Origin: Candidatus Dormiibacterota bacterium
GTDB lineage: Bacteria; Chloroflexota; Dormibacteria; Aeolococcales; Aeolococcaceae
Assembly: GCA_963823765.1 (NCBI GenBank)
Contig: CAWGML010000002.1
Coordinates: 1,404,709-1,468,708, forward strand
Length of the DNA: 64,000 bases
Direction: 5' to 3'
Below the pieces are notes generated by a model. It was given only the letters and a program-made list of their open reading frames with translations, was not told where the DNA came from and did no database searches. Positions 52,566 through 62,746 of the stretch are shown here, one piece after another (positions within the stretch are counted from its first letter, which is position 1; the number at the start of each line of letters is the position of its first letter). The position numbers and the translations under genes were made by a program.

Positions 52566-55118
52566 CTACGCGCTCGCGGTCGGCCCGCCCGGGGTGTCGA
52601 TGGAGGGCACCTCATCCGGGACGCCCGGCCCCGTGGTGTCGGGCACGGCGGGCTGGTCCGGCACCTCTGCCGGCGCTTCCTCGGGAACGGCCGGTGGCGC
52701 CTGCTCGGGTGGGGTTTCCGGGGTCTGCGCGGGCTCCGGGGCAGGCACCTCGGGAGTCGTCGGCGGAGTCTCCTCCGGGACCTCGGGGGGCGTCTGCTCC
52801 GGCGCTGGCGTCGGTGCGACCTCAGGTGCATCCTGGCCGGCCACGGCCGGCGCGGTGGCACCCTCTGTCGAGCTCTGCGACTGCGCTGCCGTCTCCGCGG
52901 CGGCGCGGACCGCGGCCACAGCCTCCTCGCCCGTGGCGCCTGCCAGCGAGCGGGCCACGTAGACGGCGACGTCGTCCACCGCCATCCGTTCACCGAGCTG
53001 TTTGCCGGCGATGCCCTCGTCGAACATCGAGAGGCAGAACGGGCAGGCGGTGGCCACCTTGGTCGCCTCGGTGGCGACGGCCTGCTCGACGCGCTTGTGG
53101 TTGACGCGCGGCTGGTCCTCCTCCATCCACATGCGCCCACCGCCGGCGCCACAGCACATCCCCTCGTTGCGGTTGCGCGCCATCTCCACGACCTTGAGAC
53201 CGGGGATCTGTTCGAGGATGTCGCGCGGCGGCGCAAAGATGTCGTTCCAGCGGCCCAGGTAGCAGGAGTCGTGGTAGGTGATCGTCTCCTCCTGCCGCTT
53301 GGCCTGGTCCAGGGTGACGCGCCCCTCGGCGAGCAGCCGCTCGATCATCTGCGTGTGGTGGACCACCTCGTAGTCACCACCGAAGTCCTTGTACTCGTTG
53401 GCGAATGTGTTGAAGCAGTGCGGGCAGGACGCGATGATCTTGCGCACTCTGTACTTGGCCAGCACCTCGACGTTCTCCTTGGCGCGCTCCTGGAAGAGGT
53501 ACTCGTTGCCGATGCGTCGTGCCGGGTCGCCGTTGCACTTCTCCTCGGTGCCGAGGATGGCGAAGTCGACCCCGCCCGCCTGGAGGATCTTCACCAGCGC
53601 GGTGGCGATGGTCTTGGCACGGTCGTCGAACGACGCGGCGCATCCCACCCAGTAGAGGTACTCGGCGTCCGGCTTGTCGGCAGCGAAGCTCACGCCGAGG
53701 TCCTTGGCCCAGTCGGCGCGGGTCTGGTGGGAGAGACCGTAGGGGTTGAAGACGTTCTCGATGCCGCGCAGGGCGGTCTCTGCCTGCTTGGGCATGCGCG
53801 ACTCGTCGAGGACGAGGTGGCGGCGCATCTCGATGATCTTGGGCACGTGCTCGATGAGCACCGGGCACTGGTCCATGCAGGCACCGCAGGTGGTGCAGGC
53901 CCACAACGTGTCGTCGGCGATCGTGCCCCCGAACAGGGGCCGCTCGCCGCCGTTGGCCTCGACCGCCGCGGCGACGCCGTCAGGCGTGATCCACGACGGC
54001 TGGAAGCTCCCGGGCAGGTCGTGCAGCGCGCCCGGATGGTGATCGCCGGTGGCCCACATGACAGCGCCGTCCGGCGCCGGGGTGCCGTCCGGGTTCGCGC
54101 CCTGGGCGACGTGGGCGTCGTGGGTGGTGGCGGCGTAGCCGCCGGCCACGTTCTCGTAGAGGTGATCGCGGAGGTCCGTGATCAGCGTCTTCGGCGAGAG
54201 CACCTTGCCCGTGTTGTACGCGGGGCAGTGCGTCTGACAGCGCCCGCACTCGGTGCACGTGTAGAGGTCGAGCATGTCCTTCCAGCTGAAGTGCTCGAGC
54301 GTGACCGGCCCGAAGTGCTGGTCGGACTCGTCCTCGGCGTTCATCACGGCCTCGATGTCGAGCAGCGGCAGGCGGCCCTTCGGCTTGGTGGACTTGAAGA
54401 ACACGTTGGGAGCCGCGCTGACGATGTGGAGGTGCTTGCTGTACCCGAGGTAGACGAGGAAGCTGAACACCAGCACGAGGTGGGCCCAGAAGAACAAGCC
54501 GTGCAGCCCGACCAGCACGTTGCTGTGGGCGCCGAGCGGTGTGAAGAGGCGTGACACCGCGCTGGCGAATGGGCGATCCGCGGCCATCGCCTGGGGCGGG
54601 TTGCCCTCCGCGATGAGGGTGGCGTAGTTCAGCGTCATGAAGATGAGCAGGGTGCCGATCCAGCAGAGGATCAGCACCGCGTCAGCGCGGTGGCTGCCGC
54701 GGAAACGTGTCGGGTTGACGACCAGCCGGTTGATGAGCGCCAGCGCGACTCCGGCGAGCACCGCCACGCAGAAGATGTCCTGCGCGAAGGCGATGACGAA
54801 TGCCGCGGGCACGTCGTTGAACCGGAAGCCCTGCCAGAGGGCTTCGATGATCGCCTGTGCGATGGCGGTGAGCAGCACCAGGAAGCCCCAGAAGATGAGC
54901 GCGTGCAGGACCCCGGCGTACGGCCAGCGCAGCAGGCGGCCCTGGCCGATCACGTACACGAAGAACGCCTTGACCCTCTCGCCCACCCTGTCGAAGCGGG
55001 GATCGGGGCGCCGGCTGCGCAGCATCGCCCTGATCAACAAACGCCAGCGCAGCCCGGTCGCGATGGCGGCCCCACCCGCCAGCGCGACCAACGCGATGGG
55101 GCTGATGATCGCGGTCAC
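52566..55118 (-). CDS. fadF: FadF-like membrane-bound Fe-S oxidoreductase (HdrD-like, CCG domains) with Pro/Glu-rich tail
   Basis: N-terminal TM domain; CTECGRC...CP and CTTCGAC...CP; CPHC, YHDSC, CCGAGGG and TACPFC. Confidence 0.8.
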   Translation of the reverse strand: MTAIISPIALVALAGGAAIATGLRWRLLIRAMLRSRRPDPRFDRVGERVKAFFVYVIGQGRLLRWPYAGVLHALIFWGFLVLLTAIAQAIIEALWQGFRFNDVPAAFVIAFAQDIFCVAVLAGVALALINRLVVNPTRFRGSHRADAVLILCWIGTLLIFMTLNYATLIAEGNPPQAMAADRPFASAVSRLFTPLGAHSNVLVGLHGLFFWAHLVLVFSFLVYLGYSKHLHIVSAAPNVFFKSTKPKGRLPLLDIEAVMNAEDESDQHFGPVTLEHFSWKDMLDLYTCTECGRCQTHCPAYNTGKVLSPKTLITDLRDHLYENVAGGYAATTHDAHVAQGANPDGTPAPDGAVMWATGDHHPGALHDLPGSFQPSWITPDGVAAAVEANGGERPLFGGTIADDTLWACTTCGACMDQCPVLIEHVPKIIEMRRHLVLDESRMPKQAETALRGIENVFNPYGLSHQTRADWAKDLGVSFAADKPDAEYLYWVGCAASFDDRAKTIATALVKILQAGGVDFAILGTEEKCNGDPARRIGNEYLFQERAKENVEVLAKYRVRKIIASCPHCFNTFANEYKDFGGDYEVVHHTQMIERLLAEGRVTLDQAKRQEETITYHDSCYLGRWNDIFAPPRDILEQIPGLKVVEMARNRNEGMCCGAGGGRMWMEEDQPRVNHKRVEQAVATEATKVATACPFCLSMFDEGIAGKQLGERMAVDDVAVYVARSLAGATGEEAVAAVRAAAETAAQSQSSTEGATAPAVAGQDAPEVAPTPAPEQTPPEVPEETPPTTPEVPAPEPAQTPETPPEQAPPAVPEEAPAEVPDQPAVPDTTGPGVPDEVPSIDTPGGPTASA

Positions 55119-55122
55119 GCGC

Positions 55123-55899
55123 TTACCGGCCCGTCCACGACGGCGGGCGCTTCTCGAGGAAGGCTGTGATGCCCTCCGTAGCGTCTGCGCTTGTGAAGAG
55201 GCCCACGAACTCGCGCCGCTCCGCCTCGAGCCCCTCGGCCAGCGGGCGATCGAGCCCCTCGGCTACCGCCCTCTTGGTGGCCGCCAGCGCCAGGGGAGCT
55301 TGGGCCGCGTAGCGGCTGGCGATCTCGCGGGCGGTGCTCAGCAGCGCGTCGGGCTCGACCACGCGCGACACCAGGCCGAGCTCGAGCGCGCGGGCCGCGT
55401 CGACAGGGTCGCCGGTGAGCAGCAGCTCCATGGCGGCCGTCCGACCGATCAGACGGGGCAGCCGCTGCGTGCCGCCCCACCCGGGGATGATGCCCAGCTT
55501 GATCTCGGGTTGTCCGAAGCGGGCATTCGACGCCGCGATGCGGACATCGCAGGCCAGGGTCAGCTCGCAGCCCCCACCGAACGCGATGCCGTTGACCGCG
55601 GCGACGATGGGCAGACGTGACCTCTCCATGGCCAGGGTGAACTCCTGCCCGCTGGCGATGTTGTCGCCCCCCGCCGAGCCGAACTCGCTGATGTCGGCGC
55701 CGGCGGCGAAGAACTTGGGGCCGGCACCGGTGAGGATGAGCGCGCGACACGTCTCATCAGCCTCGGCCTCTGTGATCGCCTGCGTGATCCCGGCGATGAC
55801 GGCGCGGCTGATGGCGTTGGCCGGGGGATGATCGATGGTGACGATGACCAGGGCGCCGTCGCGCTCGACCCGCACCACATCGTTCAAGACCGTGGACAC
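55123..55899 (-). CDS. Enoyl-CoA hydratase/isomerase
   Basis: AGADI, AFGGGCEL and GQPEIKLGIIPGWGGTQRL; SD GAGGAGG. Confidence 0.93.
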   Translation of the reverse strand: MSTVLNDVVRVERDGALVIVTIDHPPANAISRAVIAGITQAITEAEADETCRALILTGAGPKFFAAGADISEFGSAGGDNIASGQEFTLAMERSRLPIVAAVNGIAFGGGCELTLACDVRIAASNARFGQPEIKLGIIPGWGGTQRLPRLIGRTAAMELLLTGDPVDAARALELGLVSRVVEPDALLSTAREIASRYAAQAPLALAATKRAVAEGLDRPLAEGLEAERREFVGLFTSADATEGITAFLEKRPPSWTGR

Positions 55900-55984
55900 C
55901 GTCGTACGCCCTCCTCGTCGATGACTCGGGCGCAACGGTAGCGCGCCGGACACAGCCCGCGGGTCGGGCGCCATCATCAGCGCG

Positions 55985-56563
55985 GTGACCAACCTTCCCC
56001 CGCTTCCTCGCCTGCCGCCCGCTTTCGAGCAGGAGTCGCTGACCACTCTCGACGACAGCGCCCTCGATGAGCTGTTGAGCGAGCTGGCCGCTGTCGAACG
56101 GGCGACCGTGACGGCGATGGCACCGCACCAGGCGCAGCTGCGCGAACTGCGCGCCCGCTCGGGCCAGGTCGCCACCGAGCGCCGCCGCCGCGAGCGCGCG
56201 GCCCACATCGCTGCCCGTGCGGCGGTGCGCGAGCTGGCCAAGAGCGGCGAGATGCCCAGCGTCGTCGACGCGCTGGCGACCGCCGAGCTCCTCCCTGACG
56301 ATCGCCCCATCGCCGATATCGCAGCCTTCCTCAGGAGCGGCGGCGAGGTGCGCTTCGGCTACGCGACGCGCCCGGGAACGGTTCCGTTCACCGACGGCCG
56401 CCAGTCGCGCACGGCACGCACCTGGGGGGAGGCGCGTCAGTTGTACGCCGACGGCTGGGAGCCCGGCTCGCCCGGGGTGCCCGGGGTGCGAGTCCACCTC
56501 GTGGGCACGCGCGTGGAGCGCGTCGTCGACGCGGGCGAGGTGGTGGTGCGCGCAGCGGGTTAA
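55985..56563 (+). CDS. Hypothetical protein (coiled-coil N-half)
   Basis: Fills the gap between flanking genes; GC3-rich codons; protein-like composition. Confidence 0.65.
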   Translation: MTNLPPLPRLPPAFEQESLTTLDDSALDELLSELAAVERATVTAMAPHQAQLRELRARSGQVATERRRRERAAHIAARAAVRELAKSGEMPSVVDALATAELLPDDRPIADIAAFLRSGGEVRFGYATRPGTVPFTDGRQSRTARTWGEARQLYADGWEPGSPGVPGVRVHLVGTRVERVVDAGEVVVRAAG

Positions 56564-56576
56564 GTCCTGACGTCCC

Positions 56577-57308
56577 TCAGAGGGGGATGTGCAGGCTGCG
56601 CACCGCCAGCGCGAAGAGCGGCGCCACCACCAGGGCCGGGAGCATGTCGGGCACGCGCAGGCGGCGCAGCTCGAGGAGACCGATGCCGATGGCGACGAGC
56701 ATGAAACCGCCGGCGCCGAGCGCTGCCGTGGTGAGCACGGGGTCGAGCACACCGCGGGTGAGGTAGGCGACGGCCGTGAGGGACCCCTGGACCACGAGGA
56801 CGGTGACCGCGCTGAGAAGCACCCCCGCTCCCAGGCTGGCCCCGAACGCCAGGGCCGCCACACCGTCGAGAGCGGACTTGATGCCGAGCAGCAGGATGTC
56901 ACCGCGCGCTCCGTCCTCGAACGAACCGAGGATGGTGAGTGGACCAACGCAGAAGAGAAGGCTGGTCGTGACCAGTGCCGTGGCCATCCGTCCGTCGGCT
57001 GACCGTCCCCCGACACGCGCCTCCACCGCGGTGCCGAAGCGCTGGAGGCGACCGTCCAGGTCGAGCGCGCTCCCGATCGCGGTGCCGGCGACCAGGGCGA
57101 GAAGGATGACGGCGAGGTCGGGTGGCGCGACACCGCTGAACGAGGAGCTCAGGGCGGTGTGGACCCCGTAGACGACGGTGAACAGACCGAGCACGGTGAC
57201 CAGGCTCTCGCGCACACGAGCCGGGATGCGGTGGCCGGCGGTGATGCCGATGCCCCCGCCGGTGAGCACGGTGGCCGTGTTCAGCAGCGTGCCGATACCG
57301 GGGATCAG
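56577..57308 (-). CDS. DUF554 family membrane protein (probable CTG start)
   Basis: SLLFCVGPLTILGS and KSALDG motifs. The family-type GTLLN lies upstream of the first GTG (57269). Confidence 0.85.
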   Translation of the reverse strand: MIPGIGTLLNTATVLTGGGIGITAGHRIPARVRESLVTVLGLFTVVYGVHTALSSSFSGVAPPDLAVILLALVAGTAIGSALDLDGRLQRFGTAVEARVGGRSADGRMATALVTTSLLFCVGPLTILGSFEDGARGDILLLGIKSALDGVAALAFGASLGAGVLLSAVTVLVVQGSLTAVAYLTRGVLDPVLTTAALGAGGFMLVAIGIGLLELRRLRVPDMLPALVVAPLFALAVRSLHIPL

Positions 57309-57330
57309 CGACCCTTCTCCGCGACGCTGG

Positions 57331-57660
57331 TCAGAGCTTCTCGCACCGATCGAGCGGGAGCACGAACACTGTCGCGCCGCCGATCTCGACGTCCAGCGGC
57401 GGGGCCATCACAGGGGTGAGCGCACCGCTCAGAGGCAGAGCCTGCGCGTGCATCTCGACGCGCCGCTTGGCCCGGCGCCGGAGGATGTCGAGCACCTCCT
57501 CGACCTGGGCGTCCTCGACACCGGTCATCAAGGTGCAGTTGTCATTGTCGAGAAAGCCGCCCTGGGTGGCGAAGCGCGTGCAGACGAACCCGGCAGCGGT
57601 GAGCGAGTCGGCGCAGGACTCGACGTCCTGGGACTGCACGACAGCGAAGATCAGCTTCAC
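57331..57660 (-). CDS. darA: PII-like cyclic-di-AMP receptor (DarA/PstA/YaaQ)
   Basis: MKLIFAVVQ..D, TQGGFL..NCT and EIGGATVFV; follows tmk. Confidence 0.88.
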   Translation of the reverse strand: MKLIFAVVQSQDVESCADSLTAAGFVCTRFATQGGFLDNDNCTLMTGVEDAQVEEVLDILRRRAKRRVEMHAQALPLSGALTPVMAPPLDVEIGGATVFVLPLDRCEKL

Positions 57661-58322
57661 CGGAGCACCGCCGGGCGCGGCCCGGTGGGCACGCTGCGCA
57701 ACCGCTCCTGCACGAGCCGCATCACGTCCTGCGACACCGCGACCGCAGGGCGGCCGGCGTCGACGCGTGCGATCCGCTGCGGTTGCTCGGCGGCCAGCCT
57801 GTCGAAGGTGGCGTGGACGCGCGCGTGGAAGTCATCAGGCGCGCCTTCGATGCGATCGAGCGGCAGCTGCTCTGCGTGTTGGCGGTGTGCGGCGACGCTG
57901 TGGTCGAGGTCGAGGTAGACGGTGAGGTCCGGCCAGATGTCATCGCAGCAGTCGCGGTGCAGCCGCAGGAGCGCCTGCTCGTCGAGGCCACGCCCACCTC
58001 CCTGGTAGGCGAGCGTGGAGTCCGTGAAACGGTCGGCGATCACAACGGTGCCGTGCTCCAGAGCGGGGAGGATGACCTCGGCGAGCAGCTGCACCCGCCC
58101 GGCGTTGAAGAGAAGGGCCTCGGTCCACGGCTGGAGGGAGGCGGCGAGCTGGTGCTGCAGGATCGCCCCTGTGACCATCTCGCCCAGTGGCGTGTCGTTG
58201 GGGCGCACCGTGATGACCTCGTATCCGTCGGCCCGCAGCGCGGCTCCGAGCGCCGCCACCTGGGTGCTCTTACCGGCCCCGTCGAGACCCTCGAACGAGA
58301 TGAAGAATCCGGAACGTGCCAC
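57657..58322 (-). CDS. tmk: Thymidylate kinase
   Basis: FEGLDGAGKST, DRFTDSTLAYQG and PDLTVYLD. Confidence 0.94.
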   Translation of the reverse strand: MARSGFFISFEGLDGAGKSTQVAALGAALRADGYEVITVRPNDTPLGEMVTGAILQHQLAASLQPWTEALLFNAGRVQLLAEVILPALEHGTVVIADRFTDSTLAYQGGGRGLDEQALLRLHRDCCDDIWPDLTVYLDLDHSVAAHRQHAEQLPLDRIEGAPDDFHARVHATFDRLAAEQPQRIARVDAGRPAVAVSQDVMRLVQERLRSVPTGPRPAVLR

Positions 58323-58328
58323 AGCTCG

Positions 58329-59972
58329 TCACTCCTCGGCGCCGAGTATGACGAGCCGGCGGTTGGGCTCGTTGCCGGTGCTGCGCGCGGTCATGTCGTG
58401 ACGCTCGACCAACTGGTGCTGGAGCCGCCGCACGAACGAGTTCTGCGGCGCGAGCTCAACGTCGGAGGTCGTCTGCCGCGCCCGCTCGACGGCCTCCAGC
58501 GCCTCCTCGAGCGCCGTCTCCGTGGGATCGGCCTCCTCGACGCCGTAGACGCGAGCGAGCGCACCCTTGATCTGCGCCACCGTGTTGCTGCGCAGCACCT
58601 GGATGGGAATCCCGGTCGCTTCCGCTGAGCGCACCGGGGAATCCTTGCGGCGGTAGTAGTTCTTCAGGGTCAGCACCATGTCAGCGTCGTCGACGTTGTG
58701 CTGGATGCGAACCGGCACCTGGAGCTCGCGCACCGACTGCTCGAGGTACGTCCGCGAGACGCCGTACGGGAAGACTGCGAGCGGTTGCAGCGCACGCCCG
58801 CCTGGGTGGGACACGGGTGGGCCGTCCCAGGCGGCGTCGCGCGAGCGCTGCGCCATGTACTCCTCGACGTCGAAGCCACGCCGGCGACGCTCGCGGCTGC
58901 GGCGCCGGCCCCCGGCCGCGAAGGGGCTGGGCTCGAAGGCGGCCGGGGGTGGCGCGCTGGTGTCGATGCGGCTGACGATCTGTCCGTCGTCCCCGCGAAG
59001 GCGAAGCTGCGGCGGCTTCATCCGCCCTCGCAATGCCTCGTCCACCGTCTCGTCGAGCGGCATGTGCACCACGACACGGTCGCGCTCCTGGATCTCGATG
59101 AGCACGTCGAAGGTCGGCGGCGCCTTGCGCTCGAGCACGCTCTTCTGGGTGCCGCGACGGCGCGCCTCCTCATCGCTGAGGGTCACCGTCTGGATGCCGC
59201 CGAGGAGGTCGTTGAGGGTGGGGTTGACGAGCAGGTTGTCGAGGTTCGATCCGTGCGCGGTCCCCACCAGCTGCACGCCGCGCTCGGCGATCGTGCGGGC
59301 CGCCATCGCCTCCAGGGCGGTCCCGATCTCGTCGATGACGATCACCTGAGGCATGTGGTTCTCGACCGCCTCGATCATCACGGCGTGCTGCTCCGGGGGA
59401 GTGCGAACCTGCATACGACGCGAGCGGCCGATGCCCGCGTGCGGGATGTCTCCGTCACCGCCGATCTCGTTGCTGGTGTCGACAATGACAACCCGCTTGC
59501 TGCACTCGTCGCTGAGCACCCGGGCGCACTCGCGCAACATGGTGGTCTTGCCGATGCCGGGGGGGCCGAGCAGGAGGATCGACTGGCCGTTGACCACAAT
59601 GTCCTTGATGATGTCGATGGTGCCGGTGACCGCGCGGCCCACCCTGCAGGTCAGCCCGACGACCGTCCCCGCGCGGTTGCGGATGGCGCTGATGCGATGC
59701 AGGGTTCGCTCGATGCCGGCTCGGTTGTCATCGCCGAAATCGCCGACACGCTCGGTGACGTACTCGAGGTCCTGGTGGGTCACCTGGACGCTGTCGAGGA
59801 TCGTCTCGCCGTCCGTGAACCGCGCCTCCGGCTCGCGACCGAGGTCGAGCACGATCTCGAGGAGATCGCCCCGTTCCTGCGACAGCCGTTGCGCGGCGAT
59901 TGCGACGCGCGGCGGAAGCGCCTCGATGAGGAGGTTGAGCTCCTCCTGCCATGACGAACCGTAGGGCATCAT
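58329..59972 (-). CDS. SpoIIIAA/Ycf45-like AAA ATPase with C-terminal R3H domain
   Basis: [34 protein letters not shown] and GTAHG; R3H motif RRLQH. Confidence 0.88.
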   Translation of the reverse strand: MMPYGSSWQEELNLLIEALPPRVAIAAQRLSQERGDLLEIVLDLGREPEARFTDGETILDSVQVTHQDLEYVTERVGDFGDDNRAGIERTLHRISAIRNRAGTVVGLTCRVGRAVTGTIDIIKDIVVNGQSILLLGPPGIGKTTMLRECARVLSDECSKRVVIVDTSNEIGGDGDIPHAGIGRSRRMQVRTPPEQHAVMIEAVENHMPQVIVIDEIGTALEAMAARTIAERGVQLVGTAHGSNLDNLLVNPTLNDLLGGIQTVTLSDEEARRRGTQKSVLERKAPPTFDVLIEIQERDRVVVHMPLDETVDEALRGRMKPPQLRLRGDDGQIVSRIDTSAPPPAAFEPSPFAAGGRRRSRERRRRGFDVEEYMAQRSRDAAWDGPPVSHPGGRALQPLAVFPYGVSRTYLEQSVRELQVPVRIQHNVDDADMVLTLKNYYRRKDSPVRSAEATGIPIQVLRSNTVAQIKGALARVYGVEEADPTETALEEALEAVERARQTTSDVELAPQNSFVRRLQHQLVERHDMTARSTGNEPNRRLVILGAEE

Positions 59973-59980
59973 CTCAGCGA

Positions 59981-61048
59981 CTATCTCTCTCTCCTCTCTG
60001 GTGGACGCAACACTGTCAGTGATGGCACGGAGACGTGGGAGCTGGCAACCCCGGCGTGAGCGAGCACCTGCTTGGTCTGCTTGGCGACCGCACGGATGCG
60101 CACCTTGATGCCGAGGTCGCGGACCAGCAGCAGCTGCGTGCCGTACACGGCAAAGCCGCGGTGCTGCAGGGATCGGATCAACTCGGAGTTGTAGTGACGG
60201 AGCACGCAGGAAACGGGCTGCGGCGGGAGCTCGGCGAGCACGGCATCGAGAAAGCCCTCGCGGATCGCCGCATCGTGGGCCTCGCACATGATCGACAGCG
60301 TGCTGGGGCGTCCCGCGCCCGCAGGCCTGATCGCAGCCCAGCCGACCAACCCGGGACGCTCGGCGACGAAGTGCCGCACCTCATCGCGGCCGATGCGCGC
60401 GATGCTCCCCTGGGCGAACGACGCCTGCCAGGTCTTCAGCGACGGCGCCTCGAAGCTGGCGATGTGACTGGGGGTGACCCGCCGGTAGAGGAGGTGGATG
60501 GCGGCAGCGTCGTCGCGGCGTGCGGGGCGGATCCCCAGCGGTTCCGCGTCGCTGCGGGTGATCTGCTCGGGGTTGTCGTGGAACAGGATCTGCTCCGTCG
60601 CGAACTGGGTGAAACCCTGCTCGAGGAACACCGCCACCATCGGGTGGTCGAGCGGCAGGCGCACGTGGAAGCGGCGGACCCCCTGCTCGAGGCCGCGGTT
60701 GCACAGGTGCGTGAGCAGGCGCTCGCGGGCGAAGTGGCCCGCCCCGGTGGACGCGGCGCAGAGGTTGACGATCTGCCACACCGACGGTCGCGTCGACGTG
60801 CTCTCAGCCTGGATGAAGCCCACCACGCCTTCGCCGTCATCCTCGGCGACGAAGAGCACACCACCGGTGTCGCTCAGCGGCACCAGGGAGGAGAGCGTCT
60901 TGCTCAGCGCGTACCAGAGACGGAGCAACGTCGCCTGCGGAACCGGGCTGTCCGGGTGTGGCCCCGGATTCTCGTCGGCGGCCAGCGCGTCGCGGTAGAG
61001 CTGCTCGACGCGGGCGAGGTCGCGGAAAGAGGCGGAGCGGACGTTCAC
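59981..61048 (-). CDS. Tandem GNAT-fold protein
   Basis: Two units, each starting VRSA/IRPA...D and ending F.EQGF / LQHRGF; VVGFI and LVGWA strands. Confidence 0.6.
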   Translation of the reverse strand: MNVRSASFRDLARVEQLYRDALAADENPGPHPDSPVPQATLLRLWYALSKTLSSLVPLSDTGGVLFVAEDDGEGVVGFIQAESTSTRPSVWQIVNLCAASTGAGHFARERLLTHLCNRGLEQGVRRFHVRLPLDHPMVAVFLEQGFTQFATEQILFHDNPEQITRSDAEPLGIRPARRDDAAAIHLLYRRVTPSHIASFEAPSLKTWQASFAQGSIARIGRDEVRHFVAERPGLVGWAAIRPAGAGRPSTLSIMCEAHDAAIREGFLDAVLAELPPQPVSCVLRHYNSELIRSLQHRGFAVYGTQLLLVRDLGIKVRIRAVAKQTKQVLAHAGVASSHVSVPSLTVLRPPERRER

Positions 61049-61653
61049 GCGGCGCTCTCCCCGCGGGCCGCCCCGACGTGCTCGAGGAACAGCCGGTGGA
61101 TACGGTCGTCGCCGGTCATCTCGGGGTGGAATGTGAGGCCGATGTGCAGCCCCTGCCGCACCGCGACCGCCTCGTCGCCAAGTCGAGCGAGGACCTCGAC
61201 CCCCGCGCCTGTCTCCTCGATGCGCGGGGCGCGGATGAACACGCCGCGGAATGGGATATCGCCGAGCGGACCGAAGGTCAGGTCGGCCTCGAAGGAATCG
61301 ACCTGGCTACCCCACCCATTGCGCCGCACGGCGACGTCGAGTGTGCCGGTGGCCACTTGGTCGGGACGTCCGTCGACGATCGCGCGGCTGAGCAGGATGA
61401 GCCCTGCGCAGGTGGTCAGCGTGGGGAGCCCGTCGGCCAGCCGTCGCCGCAGCGGACCTTCGAGCTGAAAGCTGCGCAGCAGCTTGCCCATCGTTGTCGA
61501 CTCGCCGCCCGGAATGGCGAGTGCGTCGACCGCTTCCAGCTCAGAAGCCAGCCGGACCGGCACCGCCTCAGCTCCACAGCGCCCGAGGGCGGCCAGGTGT
61601 TCGCGGACGTCGCCCTGGAGGGCAAGGACACCGACGGTGGTGATCGTCGTCAG
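61045..61653 (-). CDS. pdxT: PLP synthase glutaminase subunit (start codon uncertain, CTG)
   Basis: GVLALQGD is in frame upstream of the ORF-track start; [20 protein letters not shown] and FHPE. Confidence 0.92.
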   Translation of the reverse strand: MTTITTVGVLALQGDVREHLAALGRCGAEAVPVRLASELEAVDALAIPGGESTTMGKLLRSFQLEGPLRRRLADGLPTLTTCAGLILLSRAIVDGRPDQVATGTLDVAVRRNGWGSQVDSFEADLTFGPLGDIPFRGVFIRAPRIEETGAGVEVLARLGDEAVAVRQGLHIGLTFHPEMTGDDRIHRLFLEHVGAARGESAA

Positions 61654-61755
61654 CGTTCCCAGCGGACCTGGCCGCCCCGCTCGCCGCGGAGCCCGAACGG
61701 AGTCATCAGCACGGTACGAGTGTACCCCGTCCGCCTGACAACCACCGCCGCCCGG

Positions 61756-62676
61756 CTACCAGCCGCGGGTGGAGAGGAGTTCCTCGCGAGGCATGCCGGC
61801 GACGTCGAGCCCGCGCATGGCGGGTCCCAGGCCGGCGCTGACCTCAGCGATCACCTCCGGCTTGTCGAAGTACGTCGTCGCGGCGACGATCGCCTTGGCA
61901 TAGTTGAGTGGATCCTCGCTCTTGAAGATGCCGCTGCCCACGAAGTTGCCCTCGGCGCCCAGCTGCATCATCAACGCGGCGTCGGCGGGTGTGGCGATGC
62001 CGCCGGCCGAGAAGTTGACGACCGGCAACCTGCCGGTCTCGGCGATCTCGACGACCAGCTCGTACGGTGCCTGCAGCCTCTTCGCCTCGGCCATGAGCTC
62101 GTCGCGGCGCAGGCCCTGGATCCGGCGAATGCCTCCGCGCACGGCGCGCATGTGACGGACGGCTTCGACGACGTTGCCGGTGCCGGCCTCGCCCTTGGTG
62201 CGGATCATCGCAGCGCCCTCACCGATGCGGCGCAGCGCTTCACCGAGGTCGCGCGCTCCGCACACGAACGGGATCGTGAACGCCCACTTGTCGATGTGGT
62301 GCTCCTCGTCTGCCGGGGTGAGCACCTCGGACTCGTCGACATAGTCGATGCCCAGCGCCTCGAGCACCTGCGCCTCCACGAAGTGGCCGATGCGTGCCTT
62401 GGCCATGACCGGGATGGTCACCGACTGCTTGATCTCGGTGACGAGGCTCACCGCGCTCATGCGCGCCACGCCGCCGTCGCGGCGGATGTCGGCGGGGACG
62501 CGCTCCAGTGCCATGACGGCGACCGCGCCGGCCTCCTCGGCGACACGCGCCTGCTCGGCGGTGACCACGTCCATGATGACGCCGCCCTTGAGCATTTCCG
62601 CGAGCCCGCGCTTGACCCGCAGGCCGCCGGTCTGGTGGTGGCCGTTCTTCGTGGCAGCGGCCTCGTTGGCTGTCAT
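61756..62676 (-). CDS. pdxS: PLP synthase lyase subunit
   Basis: [30 protein letters not shown] and [11 protein letters not shown]. Confidence 0.97.
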   Translation of the reverse strand: MTANEAAATKNGHHQTGGLRVKRGLAEMLKGGVIMDVVTAEQARVAEEAGAVAVMALERVPADIRRDGGVARMSAVSLVTEIKQSVTIPVMAKARIGHFVEAQVLEALGIDYVDESEVLTPADEEHHIDKWAFTIPFVCGARDLGEALRRIGEGAAMIRTKGEAGTGNVVEAVRHMRAVRGGIRRIQGLRRDELMAEAKRLQAPYELVVEIAETGRLPVVNFSAGGIATPADAALMMQLGAEGNFVGSGIFKSEDPLNYAKAIVAATTYFDKPEVIAEVSAGLGPAMRGLDVAGMPREELLSTRGW

Positions 62677-62746
62677 GGTCGGAAACACCTGTCGACTCCG
62701 GTCACAGGGCTCGATTCTACTCGGCTACCGGCTGCGGCCACCTGCT

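Noticed and set aside
52600-52830. Short recurring DNA motifs as CRISPR or tandem repeat
   Set aside because: They are degenerate and explained by the Pro/Glu-rich coding tail.
59981-60000. CT microsatellite as phase-variation tract
   Set aside because: Short and interrupted; it encodes ERRER and serves as the SD of the next gene.
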